This document shows positions 14,604 through 24,194 of a stretch of DNA of 33,619 nucleotides, piece after piece. The notes beneath the pieces are model-generated. The model was given only the letters and a program-made list of their open reading frames with translations. It searched no databases and was not told the origin of the DNA. Origin of the DNA: a virus (taxonomy: Duplodnaviria > Caudoviricetes); IMG/VR virus record IMGVR_UViG_3300043103_000123, positions 1 to 33,619 of that record; one strand, 5' to 3'. The translations under genes were made by a program, and so were the position numbers. Position 1 is the stretch's first letter. Each line of letters opens with the position of its first letter.

Positions 14604-16679
14604 TTATCTACTTTTAACAGGGTGTAATGTTGCTTTTATTGTTTCCAAGACTAGCCCACGAGCATCAGCGGTATTCATTACAACTTCCATATAGTGGTAG
14701 TCAACAGTAGCCATGTTGACAACAGTTCTTTGTGGACCTATGACAATTCCGTTATATATCATTGTTGCATACATTATATGAGAATTTGCAGATGTTGATT
14801 TTCGGAGGATTTTGACGGTCCAAGGCACCGTTAGACCGTTTAAGGCAATACCAGAATCAAAGATCGTAGTAAGCACTGTGTTATTGTTGAGTCGGATTAA
14901 AAGTTGCTTTGTTCCTACCCCTTCCCCGTATCCACACAAATCAAATTCCTGCATACTACCTATTGTTAGACCGTTAATACAAAGTATGTTATGTCTCGAA
15001 GAAGTTGAATTTCCTGATAATGATGCTACTTCAGTATCTATAATTGCATCCCATGTTCCAGATGCAAATGCTTTTTGATTAGCAGAATTAAATTCAGTAA
15101 AACCCGGATTAAAAGTTAAATATCCATCTGAAAAAATATCACCGCCTACATTTGCATTAACATTACCAATCGAAACAATTGATGAAGCACCTGCACCTAA
15201 ACTAACCTTACTTTTAATGTTAGGCCACATTAGCGAATAAGGTCCCGATGCTTTCGAATCCACAACTGTCAAAGGCCGGTTTGTTCGATTGTCAGTATCA
15301 CCTACCATTGTTACAAGATAACCGGGTAAACGTCTAACATGCTCTTCTTCAATTTTAGGAGCATCTACCCAAATAGCAGTCGGTGAATAAGTTGATGAGA
15401 ATGTTCCACCTGAACTACTTGAGGGAGGACTTTGCCAATAAAACGACATATTTGCCGGGATTTTTGAGGCTAGATTTCGGTAGTAATATTCTACGGTCCC
15501 CACACCCTCTAGGCTGATTTGAAAGAAATCACCCCGAACTCTGAAAGTTATGATTGATCGTCTGCCGTATGGAATGGAACTCAACGCATCTCTTTTTACG
15601 GTGCGAATCAACTGGTTTGCAGAGCCTGCGGTCGTAAGCGTGATTGCTGATCCTCCGGGAGTTGCTGCAACTTGTATGCTGTTCGCGCTGTTGTAGAGCG
15701 CATAGTAAACCGTGCGCTCTTGCAACGGAGCCGGAAGCCCTGAGCCTTCAAGCGTGAACGCATCACCCGACACGATGTTGTGTGCGTAAGTGGTTACAAG
15801 GTTATTGCCGCTGCGCGAGCAAAGGTAAGAAATGGTTTGAGCTGGCAGCCATGAATGATATCCGTTGTGGTATGGTCGGTTGAGACATTCAGCTTGTCTG
15901 GCGACATTTATGCTACCTCCATCCGTAGTCAGATCAACAGAGGTGTTGGATAAAACATTTGCCCTTGATAATGCCAGCTTAAATGTAGTAGATGAAAGTT
16001 TAATAACGTAGTAACCCAATGAAGCTGAAGAACCTGTCGGTAATGTTCCACTGAGTTGAATATAATCATAATTTTCTAAACTATTAGAAGTAGAAGAGGT
16101 GAAAATATCAGTGGAAGAAGAGCATGTAACTACTGCATCAGCAACATTAAACGACATAGTTGTAGTAGCTATTCCATTTTGATCAAAATTCAAATGGGGA
16201 TTACCAGCTATCTGAATCCCGCTACCATCAGCTAAAACTAAATCAGGTTGACCGATGGCTAGGGTAAAATGATTGTTAGACGATGCAGTTAGAAATGTTG
16301 CTTCTCTAACAAATTCAATTCCCATTGAAAAATCTAAATGATTTTCAGGGGTAACATTTGCAGATAAATAGTAACCACCACCACGGGAGACTTGCAACCT
16401 ACCGTTTACGACCCGAGCAGCTCCGCTGGTAACGTCGCTGTTATAGCGGATTCTCCAAGCATTACCAAATTTTGGCAAAGAAACATTAGTTGTAAGTAGC
16501 GTATTATCTGGATACCTAGAAATATCCTCAAACCTATCATAAAAACTAATTTGGTTTCCAGCAGCTTTTAAAGCATTTTTAAAAGCAGAAGGATTAGATA
16601 TACCTCCACCGTCACCATTAACAAGTGAAGGTTGACCAAATGCCGTTAGAGTAGTAAGTAATAGTATAATATATTTCAT
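14604..16679 (-). CDS. Putative tail fibre / receptor-binding-like protein with a signal-peptide-like N-terminus
   Basis: Ser/Thr/Gly/Asn-rich beta protein with two copies of the LP......YY.......(F/I).(L/V)A.......I.LT..G fibre repeat; starts MKYIILLLTTLTAFGQ. Confidence 0.65.
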   Translation of the reverse strand: MKYIILLLTTLTAFGQPSLVNGDGGGISNPSAFKNALKAAGNQISFYDRFEDISRYPDNTLLTTNVSLPKFGNAWRIRYNSDVTSGAARVVNGRLQVSRGGGYYLSANVTPENHLDFSMGIEFVREATFLTASSNNHFTLAIGQPDLVLADGSGIQIAGNPHLNFDQNGIATTTMSFNVADAVVTCSSSTDIFTSSTSNSLENYDYIQLSGTLPTGSSASLGYYVIKLSSTTFKLALSRANVLSNTSVDLTTDGGSINVARQAECLNRPYHNGYHSWLPAQTISYLCSRSGNNLVTTYAHNIVSGDAFTLEGSGLPAPLQERTVYYALYNSANSIQVAATPGGSAITLTTAGSANQLIRTVKRDALSSIPYGRRSIITFRVRGDFFQISLEGVGTVEYYYRNLASKIPANMSFYWQSPPSSSSGGTFSSTYSPTAIWVDAPKIEEEHVRRLPGYLVTMVGDTDNRTNRPLTVVDSKASGPYSLMWPNIKSKVSLGAGASSIVSIGNVNANVGGDIFSDGYLTFNPGFTEFNSANQKAFASGTWDAIIDTEVASLSGNSTSSRHNILCINGLTIGSMQEFDLCGYGEGVGTKQLLIRLNNNTVLTTIFDSGIALNGLTVPWTVKILRKSTSANSHIMYATMIYNGIVIGPQRTVVNMATVDYHYMEVVMNTADARGLVLETIKATLHPVKSR

Positions 16680-17326
16680 GCAGTAGTTACGTTTAATGTT
16701 TCAAGAGTTGTATCATAATAAATTTTACCGATAGCTAAAGATGTATTTGCTTCCGTTAGATCTGTATATGAACTTATTCCTAACACAAGCAATAATTGTG
16801 TTAGATCAGGTCTTGTCAATTGAAGTTTATCTAAAGTGTAATCGTAATAAGGTTGATTGCCTCCTATTGTATCAAAAGCAATTGATTCTGAAGATGCACC
16901 ATATATAGAAAATACATTTATAGCAGCAGAAAGTTGAATCCTAGATCCTTCCGGTATCCAAGAAAGACCGTTAAATCTATATCTAAAGTTATTACTATCG
17001 GAAGTATCCATGAACTCGTCGTGAATATTCGCACCTTCTACGGGAGTTTCTCTAGGATCGAATGCACCTTCCCATGGAGTTCTAGCAGCTTTACAGTTAG
17101 TTCTAGCCTGCAACTTTAACTCTTCGCTTAAATCAGTTTGATCTAAATCAAATCTAACTGATTTATCTTCAAAGTCTTTTAAAGCCTTTGCCATAGTAGG
17201 TAAATCACCTGCTTCAGTCTCTACAGTTTCATTATCAGCGCCATTTATTATAGCATGAGACTTATCACTAGCAGTAAAGAATTGCGCTAGTTTAGCTGCT
17301 AAAGTTGTATATGTAGGTAATGGCAT
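16676..17326 (-). CDS. Tail fibre adaptor / short fibre protein
   Basis: H.IING....TV.TE.G..PT.AKA N-terminal virion-attachment motif and VRFD..Q..L......QAR.N motif. Confidence 0.65.
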   Translation of the reverse strand: MPLPTYTTLAAKLAQFFTASDKSHAIINGADNETVETEAGDLPTMAKALKDFEDKSVRFDLDQTDLSEELKLQARTNCKAARTPWEGAFDPRETPVEGANIHDEFMDTSDSNNFRYRFNGLSWIPEGSRIQLSAAINVFSIYGASSESIAFDTIGGNQPYYDYTLDKLQLTRPDLTQLLLVLGISSYTDLTEANTSLAIGKIYYDTTLETLNVTTA

Positions 17327-17830
17327 TTAATTACAATTTGTTAGTAAGTTTGAAAAACCATAATGATTTTCTATATAGTCGTTTAGACTTTCTAATGAGC
17401 AAATAATCTGTGATTCGGTCCCACCTGTCAACTCGTAAAGTATTCTTGTTAGATCTTTTTCCGCTAGTGTTTCGTTTTCGATTACTAAGACAGCTCTAAC
17501 TCTCCAATAAAAGAAACTTTCATTCGTAACTGTATATTTGCCGTTTAGTAAAGAAACTTCAGATATAGGAAAACCATCTAATCCCGGTAAAGATATATTA
17601 AATTTTTCTGTTCCTTGTAATAATATATGAGATACAAAAGATTTAAAAAAGTCAAATTCAAATCTATTAAATCTCCAGCTAACACTAACATTATTCCTAG
17701 AATAGTTATATCTAGGTCTTTGTCTTAAATTAGTTTCAAACTGAGTAGATGTTATAAAAAACTCATTATCCTCAGAATATTCTATTTGTGGATACGGTAA
17801 TATGTGATTAGGAAATTGTATATCTGACAT
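17327..17830 (-). CDS. Distal tail (gpM/Dit-like) protein; likely start ATG 17830 (MSDIQFP)
   Basis: Directly after the tape measure gene; FP...LPYP...RQRPR......V.W......F..F....L..G...F...L pattern. Confidence 0.75.
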   Translation of the reverse strand: MSDIQFPNHILPYPQIEYSEDNEFFITSTQFETNLRQRPRYNYSRNNVSVSWRFNRFEFDFFKSFVSHILLQGTEKFNISLPGLDGFPISEVSLLNGKYTVTNESFFYWRVRAVLVIENETLAEKDLTRILYELTGGTESQIICSLESLNDYIENHYGFSNLLTNCN

Positions 17831-17834
17831 AAAA

Positions 17835-20800
17835 TTAAACTCTACGTTTTTGACCTCCTGCTTTAAGTATAGCTGGAACAACTACACCGCCCCCATAATT
17901 TGCCTCATGTGCAATCTCTTTTTTAGCGGTATCCACAGCTATTCGAATTATAGTTGCGTTATCTTTATCTTTACTAACAGTAGCAGTTTGACCGGGAAGA
18001 TTTTGTATTATTATATTATTAATAACTTCACCGCTACCACCTTTAGAGTTAAACAATTCTTTTGTATTTTGTGTAGATAGAACATTAGCCGGACCTGATA
18101 TAAGTTCCGCACCTTTTTCACCTACCATACCGACTTGACCAGTTGCTAGATAACCTCCGTTATTAAATGCACCTATAGATTGTATATTTGCCATTATACC
18201 AGCACCTTGTGCAACGGCACCCGCAATAAAAGGTATGTTATAAGGAAAACCCACAGCAGAAGCTTTAGCTATATTTTGAGCAATAGCTATACCTGCTTCA
18301 GCTATAGCAAATGCTTTACTAACTGCAAATATAGCTTTATATATCTTGCTTTGCTTACCTCCATATTGTTCTAAAGCTGCTAGAGTTTGATCTAAAGCAT
18401 TTCTAGTGCTGGAAAAAACTTCTTTATTGATAGACATTATATTAGCCGCATGTCGAGTTTCGATTTGTTCTCTTATAGCAGCATATCCAGATATAGATTC
18501 TATTTTTAAAGCTTGTGCTTCTTCTAACATTTGCAAGCTCTTTGTATAGTAAGCTTGCTCTTTTTGAATTTCTAATTCATAATTAGTTCCACCGTCGCTT
18601 AAACTAGAATCTAACATTATGTTAGATTCAAAAGATTTAAAGTTGTTAGCGATTTGTTCTGTAGAAAGTTTTTCTTTAGCAGCACCTATCAAACTGTTAG
18701 CACTAGCTACCATTTGAGCAACAGCTTGATCTGTATTTCTATTTATACCTATACCTAATCCATCCATTAGATCGGCACCTATAGCTTCAAAAACTTTACT
18801 AGGAGAATGAGTATCAAAAGCTTCTCTAACACCTTCTGTTATAGATCCAGCAGCAGCTTTAGCAGCACCTACAACATTTTTAGCACCGCTCATAATTCCA
18901 TTCTTCAAACCTGTCATTAAATCAGAACCTAATTGACTCCAATTTATAGATTTAAGATATGTAACAACTTCGTTAAATATAATACGAAAAGCTTCTGGAA
19001 CTTGTTTTAAACCTGCTATAATTTTTAAAACAAAGTCACCTGTATCTAAAATTAATTCTGTATAATAAGCAGCTAAAGATTTAAGAGCAGATAAAGCTAA
19101 TTCTTTAAAACTATCCCAACTTATATTTTTTAACAAATCGTTTACTTGAGTTAATACGTTTGTAGAAGTTGAAAGGAATGAATTTAATAATTCACCTATA
19201 TAAGTTAAAGCAATACCTACACCTGTTTTAAACAAATCCCATGCGCCTTGCAAACCACCTATAGGAGCTAACATAGAATTTAAAGAAGTAATTATACTAG
19301 TTATAGTATTACCTATTAAATTATAAAGAGTATCCCATAACTCGCCAGCAGCAGAAATAAAAGAGTTCCAGTTAGAAGAAATATCAGCTAAAAGTTGCGA
19401 ATTATTATCTTTCCAAGTATTAAAATAAGATACTATTTTATCTATAATTCCTTTTATAAATACACTAACAGTTTCCCAATTCTCATAAAGCAGATAAGCA
19501 GCACCCGCAATCCCTGCGATGACAAGACCGATTGGACCTGCTATAGCCCCTAATCCTGCTAAAGCTGCTGTTAAGCCTCCTGCCGCTGTTATGGCAGGTA
19601 AAACCGCTCCAAGGAAAGAACCGATACCTAACAAAATCGGTCCAATTGCAGCAGCTACTACCCCCATAACAAGACCTAACTTAACTAGACCGGGATCAAG
19701 GTTTCCTATAGATGTTAGCCATACAGAAAACTTACTTGCTAAATCAGCTACTATGGGAACTATAACTTTTCCGATATTAATAAATGCTACGTTTAAAGCA
19801 CTTAATGCTAACATCATTTTATTGTTATCGGTGTTCATAGCTCTTTCCCATTCTTTTTTCAAAGAACCTAAAAACTTTGAACTATCTGCCGCATTTTGCA
19901 TGTTAGTTTCTAGTAACTTTACGTTACCTATCATTGCACTAATCGGACCTATAGATTCTTCACCGAAAAGAGTTTTTATTATACCGGATTGCTCGTAATC
20001 TTTTACTTTACCTATAGCTTTTAAAACTTCATTGATACCACCCACGGCATCTTTTTTCATCATCTTAGACATTTCCACAGCATCTAATCCGATTGCTCTA
20101 AATGCCTCTTGTCCTAACTTTGTTGTAGCTGTTCCTTGTGTTAGAGACAAGGTAAAGTTTTTCATAGCTGTAGCAGCTATTTCGGGGCTAGATGAAAGTT
20201 GCTCGAAAGTTGTAGCTAAAGCAACAATTTGACCATTTGTTAGATTAGTTACTGATTTTATAGTAGCACCTTGTCTAACCATAATATCTAAAATACCTTG
20301 AACGCTACCTGTAGTAGTATCGGCATAATAGTTTATAGCATCTCCCATTTCTATAACTTCGGCAGTAGTTAGTTTAAATTGACTTTTCAATTTACCTATA
20401 ACTTCACCCGCTTTTGTAGCACCTTCTTTTGTATTACCAAATTCAAAAGCTACTGCCATTTGTTCAGCCGCTTTAGCAAACTCTAACGCATCTTTAGATA
20501 GATCCCCCATTCTACCACCTTCAGTAACTAAAGCGGCTATACCTTTAGCACCTATAAGAGAGTTTCTACCTACATCTAAAATTTGTTTTTCAAAATCACC
20601 TATATTGGTATCATTTAAATCACTAACTTGTTTTTTAACATCTGCGAAAGCTACAGAAAACTCTCTAGCAGCATTAAAAGATAAAGCTGTAACAGCAGAT
20701 AAAGAAGTTGTTACTGTAGCTGTTAGAGCTTTACCAGTGTTCTTAAATCCATCTGATAGTTTAGCGACATGCGCATTAGTTTTAGAAGTGAAAGCTATAG

Positions 20801-20882
20801 CTTCTTTTTCAGCTTTTGCTAAGTCACTATAATCTACAAATAGTTTTGAATATAGTGTTCCTAAATCTAATGCGCCTGCCAT
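17835..20882 (-). CDS. Tape measure protein (TP901-type core), 1015 aa
   Basis: Ala/Gly-rich helical protein with a TP901-like core (LFGEE), hydrophobic middle, Trp-spaced repeats and a GG......VGEKG.E motif. Confidence 0.95.
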   Translation of the reverse strand: MAGALDLGTLYSKLFVDYSDLAKAEKEAIAFTSKTNAHVAKLSDGFKNTGKALTATVTTSLSAVTALSFNAAREFSVAFADVKKQVSDLNDTNIGDFEKQILDVGRNSLIGAKGIAALVTEGGRMGDLSKDALEFAKAAEQMAVAFEFGNTKEGATKAGEVIGKLKSQFKLTTAEVIEMGDAINYYADTTTGSVQGILDIMVRQGATIKSVTNLTNGQIVALATTFEQLSSSPEIAATAMKNFTLSLTQGTATTKLGQEAFRAIGLDAVEMSKMMKKDAVGGINEVLKAIGKVKDYEQSGIIKTLFGEESIGPISAMIGNVKLLETNMQNAADSSKFLGSLKKEWERAMNTDNNKMMLALSALNVAFINIGKVIVPIVADLASKFSVWLTSIGNLDPGLVKLGLVMGVVAAAIGPILLGIGSFLGAVLPAITAAGGLTAALAGLGAIAGPIGLVIAGIAGAAYLLYENWETVSVFIKGIIDKIVSYFNTWKDNNSQLLADISSNWNSFISAAGELWDTLYNLIGNTITSIITSLNSMLAPIGGLQGAWDLFKTGVGIALTYIGELLNSFLSTSTNVLTQVNDLLKNISWDSFKELALSALKSLAAYYTELILDTGDFVLKIIAGLKQVPEAFRIIFNEVVTYLKSINWSQLGSDLMTGLKNGIMSGAKNVVGAAKAAAGSITEGVREAFDTHSPSKVFEAIGADLMDGLGIGINRNTDQAVAQMVASANSLIGAAKEKLSTEQIANNFKSFESNIMLDSSLSDGGTNYELEIQKEQAYYTKSLQMLEEAQALKIESISGYAAIREQIETRHAANIMSINKEVFSSTRNALDQTLAALEQYGGKQSKIYKAIFAVSKAFAIAEAGIAIAQNIAKASAVGFPYNIPFIAGAVAQGAGIMANIQSIGAFNNGGYLATGQVGMVGEKGAELISGPANVLSTQNTKELFNSKGGSGEVINNIIIQNLPGQTATVSKDKDNATIIRIAVDTAKKEIAHEANYGGGVVVPAILKAGGQKRRV

Positions 20883-20886
20883 ACTA

Positions 20887-21042
20887 TTATTTTTTCTTCT
20901 TTTGAGCTTTTAATTGCATTTCAAAATATGCCTGCCATTCAATAAACTCATTGTATGGCATATCTTCTATCTCCCATGCAAATTTACCTAATTTTTCAGC
21001 GAGAAAGAAAACCGCTTGTCTTACTTTGTCGCCGTTCCATCC
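20887..21042 (-). CDS. -1 frameshift extension of the tail assembly chaperone (gpGT-like), 51 aa
   Basis: The -1 frame after the slippery site reads GWNGDKVRQAVFFLAEKLGKFAWEIEDMPYNEFIEWQAYFEMQLKAQKKKK and stops just before the tape measure start. Confidence 0.88.
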   Translation of the reverse strand, partial: GWNGDKVRQAVFFLAEKLGKFAWEIEDMPYNEFIEWQAYFEMQLKAQKKKK

Positions 21043-21404
21043 TTTTTTATATCAGCGTCTTTAACATTGCATAACTCGCTAGCTATAGCTGCTAAAGTAT
21101 CAAACCAACCACCACAAGGGCATTGTTCTAACGCTTCTCTATCAGATTCTTCAAATACCCTTTCATCAGTGCCGGGAACAACAGTTAATGTGGATACAGC
21201 TTCTATCTGAAAAGCAAATATATCAAAATCTGTAGTAGCTTCTCCTTTATCATTTTGCCCTATAGTCATGGCTTTTTTACGAAACATACCTCGTTCTTTT
21301 AAAGTAGGTTGTCGTATTTCAAAAATAGAACCTTCAATTTCAACTGATTTACGTTCAAATTTTTTACTTGCTCCTAACGTCAATGCCCTTAGTTTATCTT
21401 TCAT
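21021..21404 (-). CDS. Tail assembly chaperone (gpG-like)
   Basis: Between the tube genes and the tape measure gene; ends with an in-frame slippery heptamer. Confidence 0.88.
   Translation of the reverse strand: MKDKLRALTLGASKKFERKSVEIEGSIFEIRQPTLKERGMFRKKAMTIGQNDKGEATTDFDIFAFQIEAVSTLTVVPGTDERVFEESDREALEQCPCGGWFDTLAAIASELCNVKDADIKKDGTATK
21042..21048 (-). other. Programmed -1 frameshift slippery site A AAA AAG
   Basis: In-frame ATA AAA AAG fits X XXY YYZ. Confidence 0.88.
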
Positions 21405-21437
21405 TTTTCGAGTTGTTTATTGTTTTGTTTTTATGTA

Positions 21438-22154
21438 TTAGCTAACATAATATTCAGGAAACCAATTATTTTTTAAATCGTTTTCTGTTAAAGCTTGTGC
21501 TTCAATATCAGTATAATTAAAACTATAACTAAAATAAGTTTTTGTATTATTTCCACATAATACAAGGCTTAAATCTTCTTGCTCTAATGATCCAATATCA
21601 CCGCTTAAAGAATCAGTTTCTATTTGAAACCAACCTTTGATAAATGTTTTAGATGCACCGGGATTTATACTAACAAAGATAGGAGTTTTAGATAACTTGG
21701 CTTCTTTTAGTTTGTTATTACTAAGATCATTCCATCTAACAAAACTACAGCTAACATCATGAATACCTTGAACCTTGCTCCTATAACCGGAACTTATTTC
21801 TGTATCTGAGTGAAATGCACTATCATCTAGTATTTCACCTGCTATTTCTAAAGTATATTCTTTAGATCCACCTACAAAAGATAAAGGTATGTATCTACCT
21901 GAAATTCTTATAGGTAAAACAAAACCGGGATCTGCTAGTAAAATTACACCTTCTAAATAATTTATAGCTAAAGGAGTTATAATATCGTTATTGTCGTCTT
22001 CAATTACAACTTCATGATTAGCAGATAGAACTCTTTTTATAGGGTTTGTTATTCTATAAACAAATTCACTTAGTTCTAATAAAGGTTCATCTGTAAAAAC
22101 AGTAGGTGTTCCGCCTATTTTTAATTGTGCTTTATATCCTGCTACTCCACTCAT
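21438..22154 (-). CDS. Second tail-tube-like protein with an inserted domain
   Basis: MSGVAGY...LEIAGEILDD...GYRSKVQGI.D.S aligns by eye to the upstream tube protein. Confidence 0.75.
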   Translation of the reverse strand: MSGVAGYKAQLKIGGTPTVFTDEPLLELSEFVYRITNPIKRVLSANHEVVIEDDNNDIITPLAINYLEGVILLADPGFVLPIRISGRYIPLSFVGGSKEYTLEIAGEILDDSAFHSDTEISSGYRSKVQGIHDVSCSFVRWNDLSNNKLKEAKLSKTPIFVSINPGASKTFIKGWFQIETDSLSGDIGSLEQEDLSLVLCGNNTKTYFSYSFNYTDIEAQALTENDLKNNWFPEYYVS

Positions 22155-22159
22155 ATAGA

Positions 22160-22606
22160 TTAATCCGTTGAAGTTAATTCGCCATTACCTACAAGACTGA
22201 TAGAAACAGTTTCTAAACCTCCGACATCTCCAGCATGTCCAAAAGTTTCTACTACTACATTACCTTGTAATCCGTTAGCGTCTGCATTTCCTGTAGGTAG
22301 GTAACGCATTTTAATTGTAGCACGGGTAAGCTTTGCAGTTTTAACAATATCAAAACCTTTAGCACCGCTAGCCGCGTCTGTTAGAGCTGTTCCTGTTAAT
22401 GGTTTAAAGATTGAATCAGCACTAACACTAAAATCAGATAGACCATGAACACGAGAACGATAACCCGCGTTTGTAGCCATTTCTGTATCGTCTAACACGT
22501 CACCGCCAATTTCTAGGCTAGGTGAAGTCGCTGGCAATTTATACCAATTAGCACCATTATCGGCACTAACTTCTAACTTTTTTACATACGCTGCTTGTCC
22601 GCTCAT
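22160..22606 (-). CDS. Major tail tube protein
   Basis: 148 aa; LEIGGDVLDDT...GYRSRVHGLSDFSVS...S.SL.G.GEL pattern; after the tail terminator gene. Confidence 0.85.
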   Translation of the reverse strand: MSGQAAYVKKLEVSADNGANWYKLPATSPSLEIGGDVLDDTEMATNAGYRSRVHGLSDFSVSADSIFKPLTGTALTDAASGAKGFDIVKTAKLTRATIKMRYLPTGNADANGLQGNVVVETFGHAGDVGGLETVSISLVGNGELTSTD

Positions 22607-22610
22607 TTTA

Positions 22611-23039
22611 TTAGTTTCTATTTATGTTTTTGTTTGTATTTATTATAGTTCTGTAATTAGAACTAAATAGAGAATTATTTTGGCTATCGGTTCCTAAAAA
22701 AGCAATGTTAGATTTTACCCATATACCCAATACAGTTTCAGAATCTATTGTAGTTTCTTCTATACTTTGAAGTTCTGATTTTATAAGATTTTGTAAGTTA
22801 TAACCTAACTGATAAAGTTTATTTCTACTATATATTTGAAAACTTATTTCGTCTAAAGAATTTATAGGATCTTGATCCCCTCCACCTGTATCTATAATAC
22901 TAACAGAATCATAAGGTTTATCCGGTAACATTCCCACAAATAAATTAACACCTAACTGAAAAGTAGCAGGTAATTTATTTGCTATAATATTAGCTATAAT
23001 ATTAGCAGGTGTTTTCCAGTTTGTAATGTCTAACGGCAT
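22611..23039 (-). CDS. Tail terminator-like protein
   Basis: NLFVG.LPD.P...V.I.DTGG...FQI..R...Y..G...LG.D...R/S..FS.N pattern, plus synteny. Confidence 0.75.
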   Translation of the reverse strand: MPLDITNWKTPANIIANIIANKLPATFQLGVNLFVGMLPDKPYDSVSIIDTGGGDQDPINSLDEISFQIYSRNKLYQLGYNLQNLIKSELQSIEETTIDSETVLGIWVKSNIAFLGTDSQNNSLFSSNYRTIINTNKNINRN

Positions 23040-23434
23040 TATAGTTTAGCAGCTTTATGTATGATTTGTAAAATCTCCGATTGATTTTCGTCTATAGCTT
23101 TTTCAAGAAATTTGTTAGTAGCTTGCCCTTGTTTATCCCAATATTTACCTTTAGATCCTTTTCTATCTTGACCTTTTAAAGTCATTGGTTTTTCATGCAC
23201 AGCGGCAGCATAGTTAGCAGTAAATCCAACAGTTCCTCCACAACCATCTTTATTTACTTTAACATCTGTATAAGCACTAGCTTTTAAATTACCTTCGTCA
23301 ACAGGAACTCTTTGTTGCGCTTCAACTTTAACATGGGCACAAGCTAATCTAACACCTTTAACAGCACCTTGTTTCATTTGCTTCATTGCTCTAGCAAGGT
23401 TATTCAGAAAAGCTGTGTTATTTGGATTTCTCAT
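23039..23434 (-). CDS. HK97 gp10-like tail completion protein
   Basis: AQ..VPVD.GNL.AS...YA..VHE...KFLE.A motif. Confidence 0.85.
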   Translation of the reverse strand: MRNPNNTAFLNNLARAMKQMKQGAVKGVRLACAHVKVEAQQRVPVDEGNLKASAYTDVKVNKDGCGGTVGFTANYAAAVHEKPMTLKGQDRKGSKGKYWDKQGQATNKFLEKAIDENQSEILQIIHKAAKL

Positions 23435-23744
23435 TTAGATAAGCTACGTTTAAAAACTTTGTGCCTGATCCGTTTCTATAGTTAGATATTGCTTTTATAG
23501 GTCTAAAATCATCTGAAGTATCTTTAACTTTAACTAAATCACCTATATTTAAAACGATATTTTGATCGTAATAAATTGTGGCCATTGATAAAAATTCGAT
23601 ACCTTTTTCATCTTTTACAATTTGAGTTTCATTGTTAAATCTTGCATCTAATTCTAACTCTTCATCATCATGAGTATCTTTTGAAAAACTATCAATTCCA
23701 GTTTTTCTTTTAACTAATAAAGTATCTATACGTTTTAGAGCCAT
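23418..23744 (-). CDS. Head closure / head-tail adaptor
   Basis: Synteny, size and beta-rich composition. Confidence 0.7.
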   Translation of the reverse strand: MALKRIDTLLVKRKTGIDSFSKDTHDDEELELDARFNNETQIVKDEKGIEFLSMATIYYDQNIVLNIGDLVKVKDTSDDFRPIKAISNYRNGSGTKFLNVAYLNEKSK

Positions 23745-24118
23745 TACAGAACTTCAAAAGTCGGTTTATTTATTTTTCGGTTAGGATCATCTAACTTAGC
23801 TAGTGTTTTTGAACTATCTAAAAACATAGCTTGTTGGCCAAAAGTAGTTGATTTAAGACCTAATCCAGTTGTTATATTGAAAGTAGTTGAAGTAGGTCCG
23901 ATAGTTTCAGATTTAATTTGACCTTCTTTTAATAAAGCAAAATGAGCAGATAAGTTTTTAGCTATTAGTCTAAGTATGGTATTACTTAAAGATTTATCTA
24001 ACAAGTATTCATCTACTAATATAACAGCGTTTTCTATAAAAACAGATAAGTCATTACCTGATAAATCAGCTATTGCTTTTATATCATCTGTTACTAATGC
24101 TGGTATATTATAAGACAT
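23744..24118 (-). CDS. Head-tail connector
   Basis: L.AHF......SE.IG..S......GL.ST.FGQQA..LD pattern. Confidence 0.78.
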   Translation of the reverse strand: MSYNIPALVTDDIKAIADLSGNDLSVFIENAVILVDEYLLDKSLSNTILRLIAKNLSAHFALLKEGQIKSETIGPTSTTFNITTGLGLKSTTFGQQAMFLDSSKTLAKLDDPNRKINKPTFEVL

Positions 24119-24124
24119 ATATTT

Positions 24125-24171
24125 AAAAGAATGAGCGGGATAATTAGGAGGATTAGCTAACTATCCCGCTC
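24125..24171 (-). terminator. Probable terminator after the capsid genes
   Basis: Minus strand GAGCGGGATAGTTAG-ctaatcctc-CTAATTATCCCGCTC-ATTCTTTT. Confidence 0.7.
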
Positions 24172-24194
24172 TTTGCCATCACAATCCAACTCGT

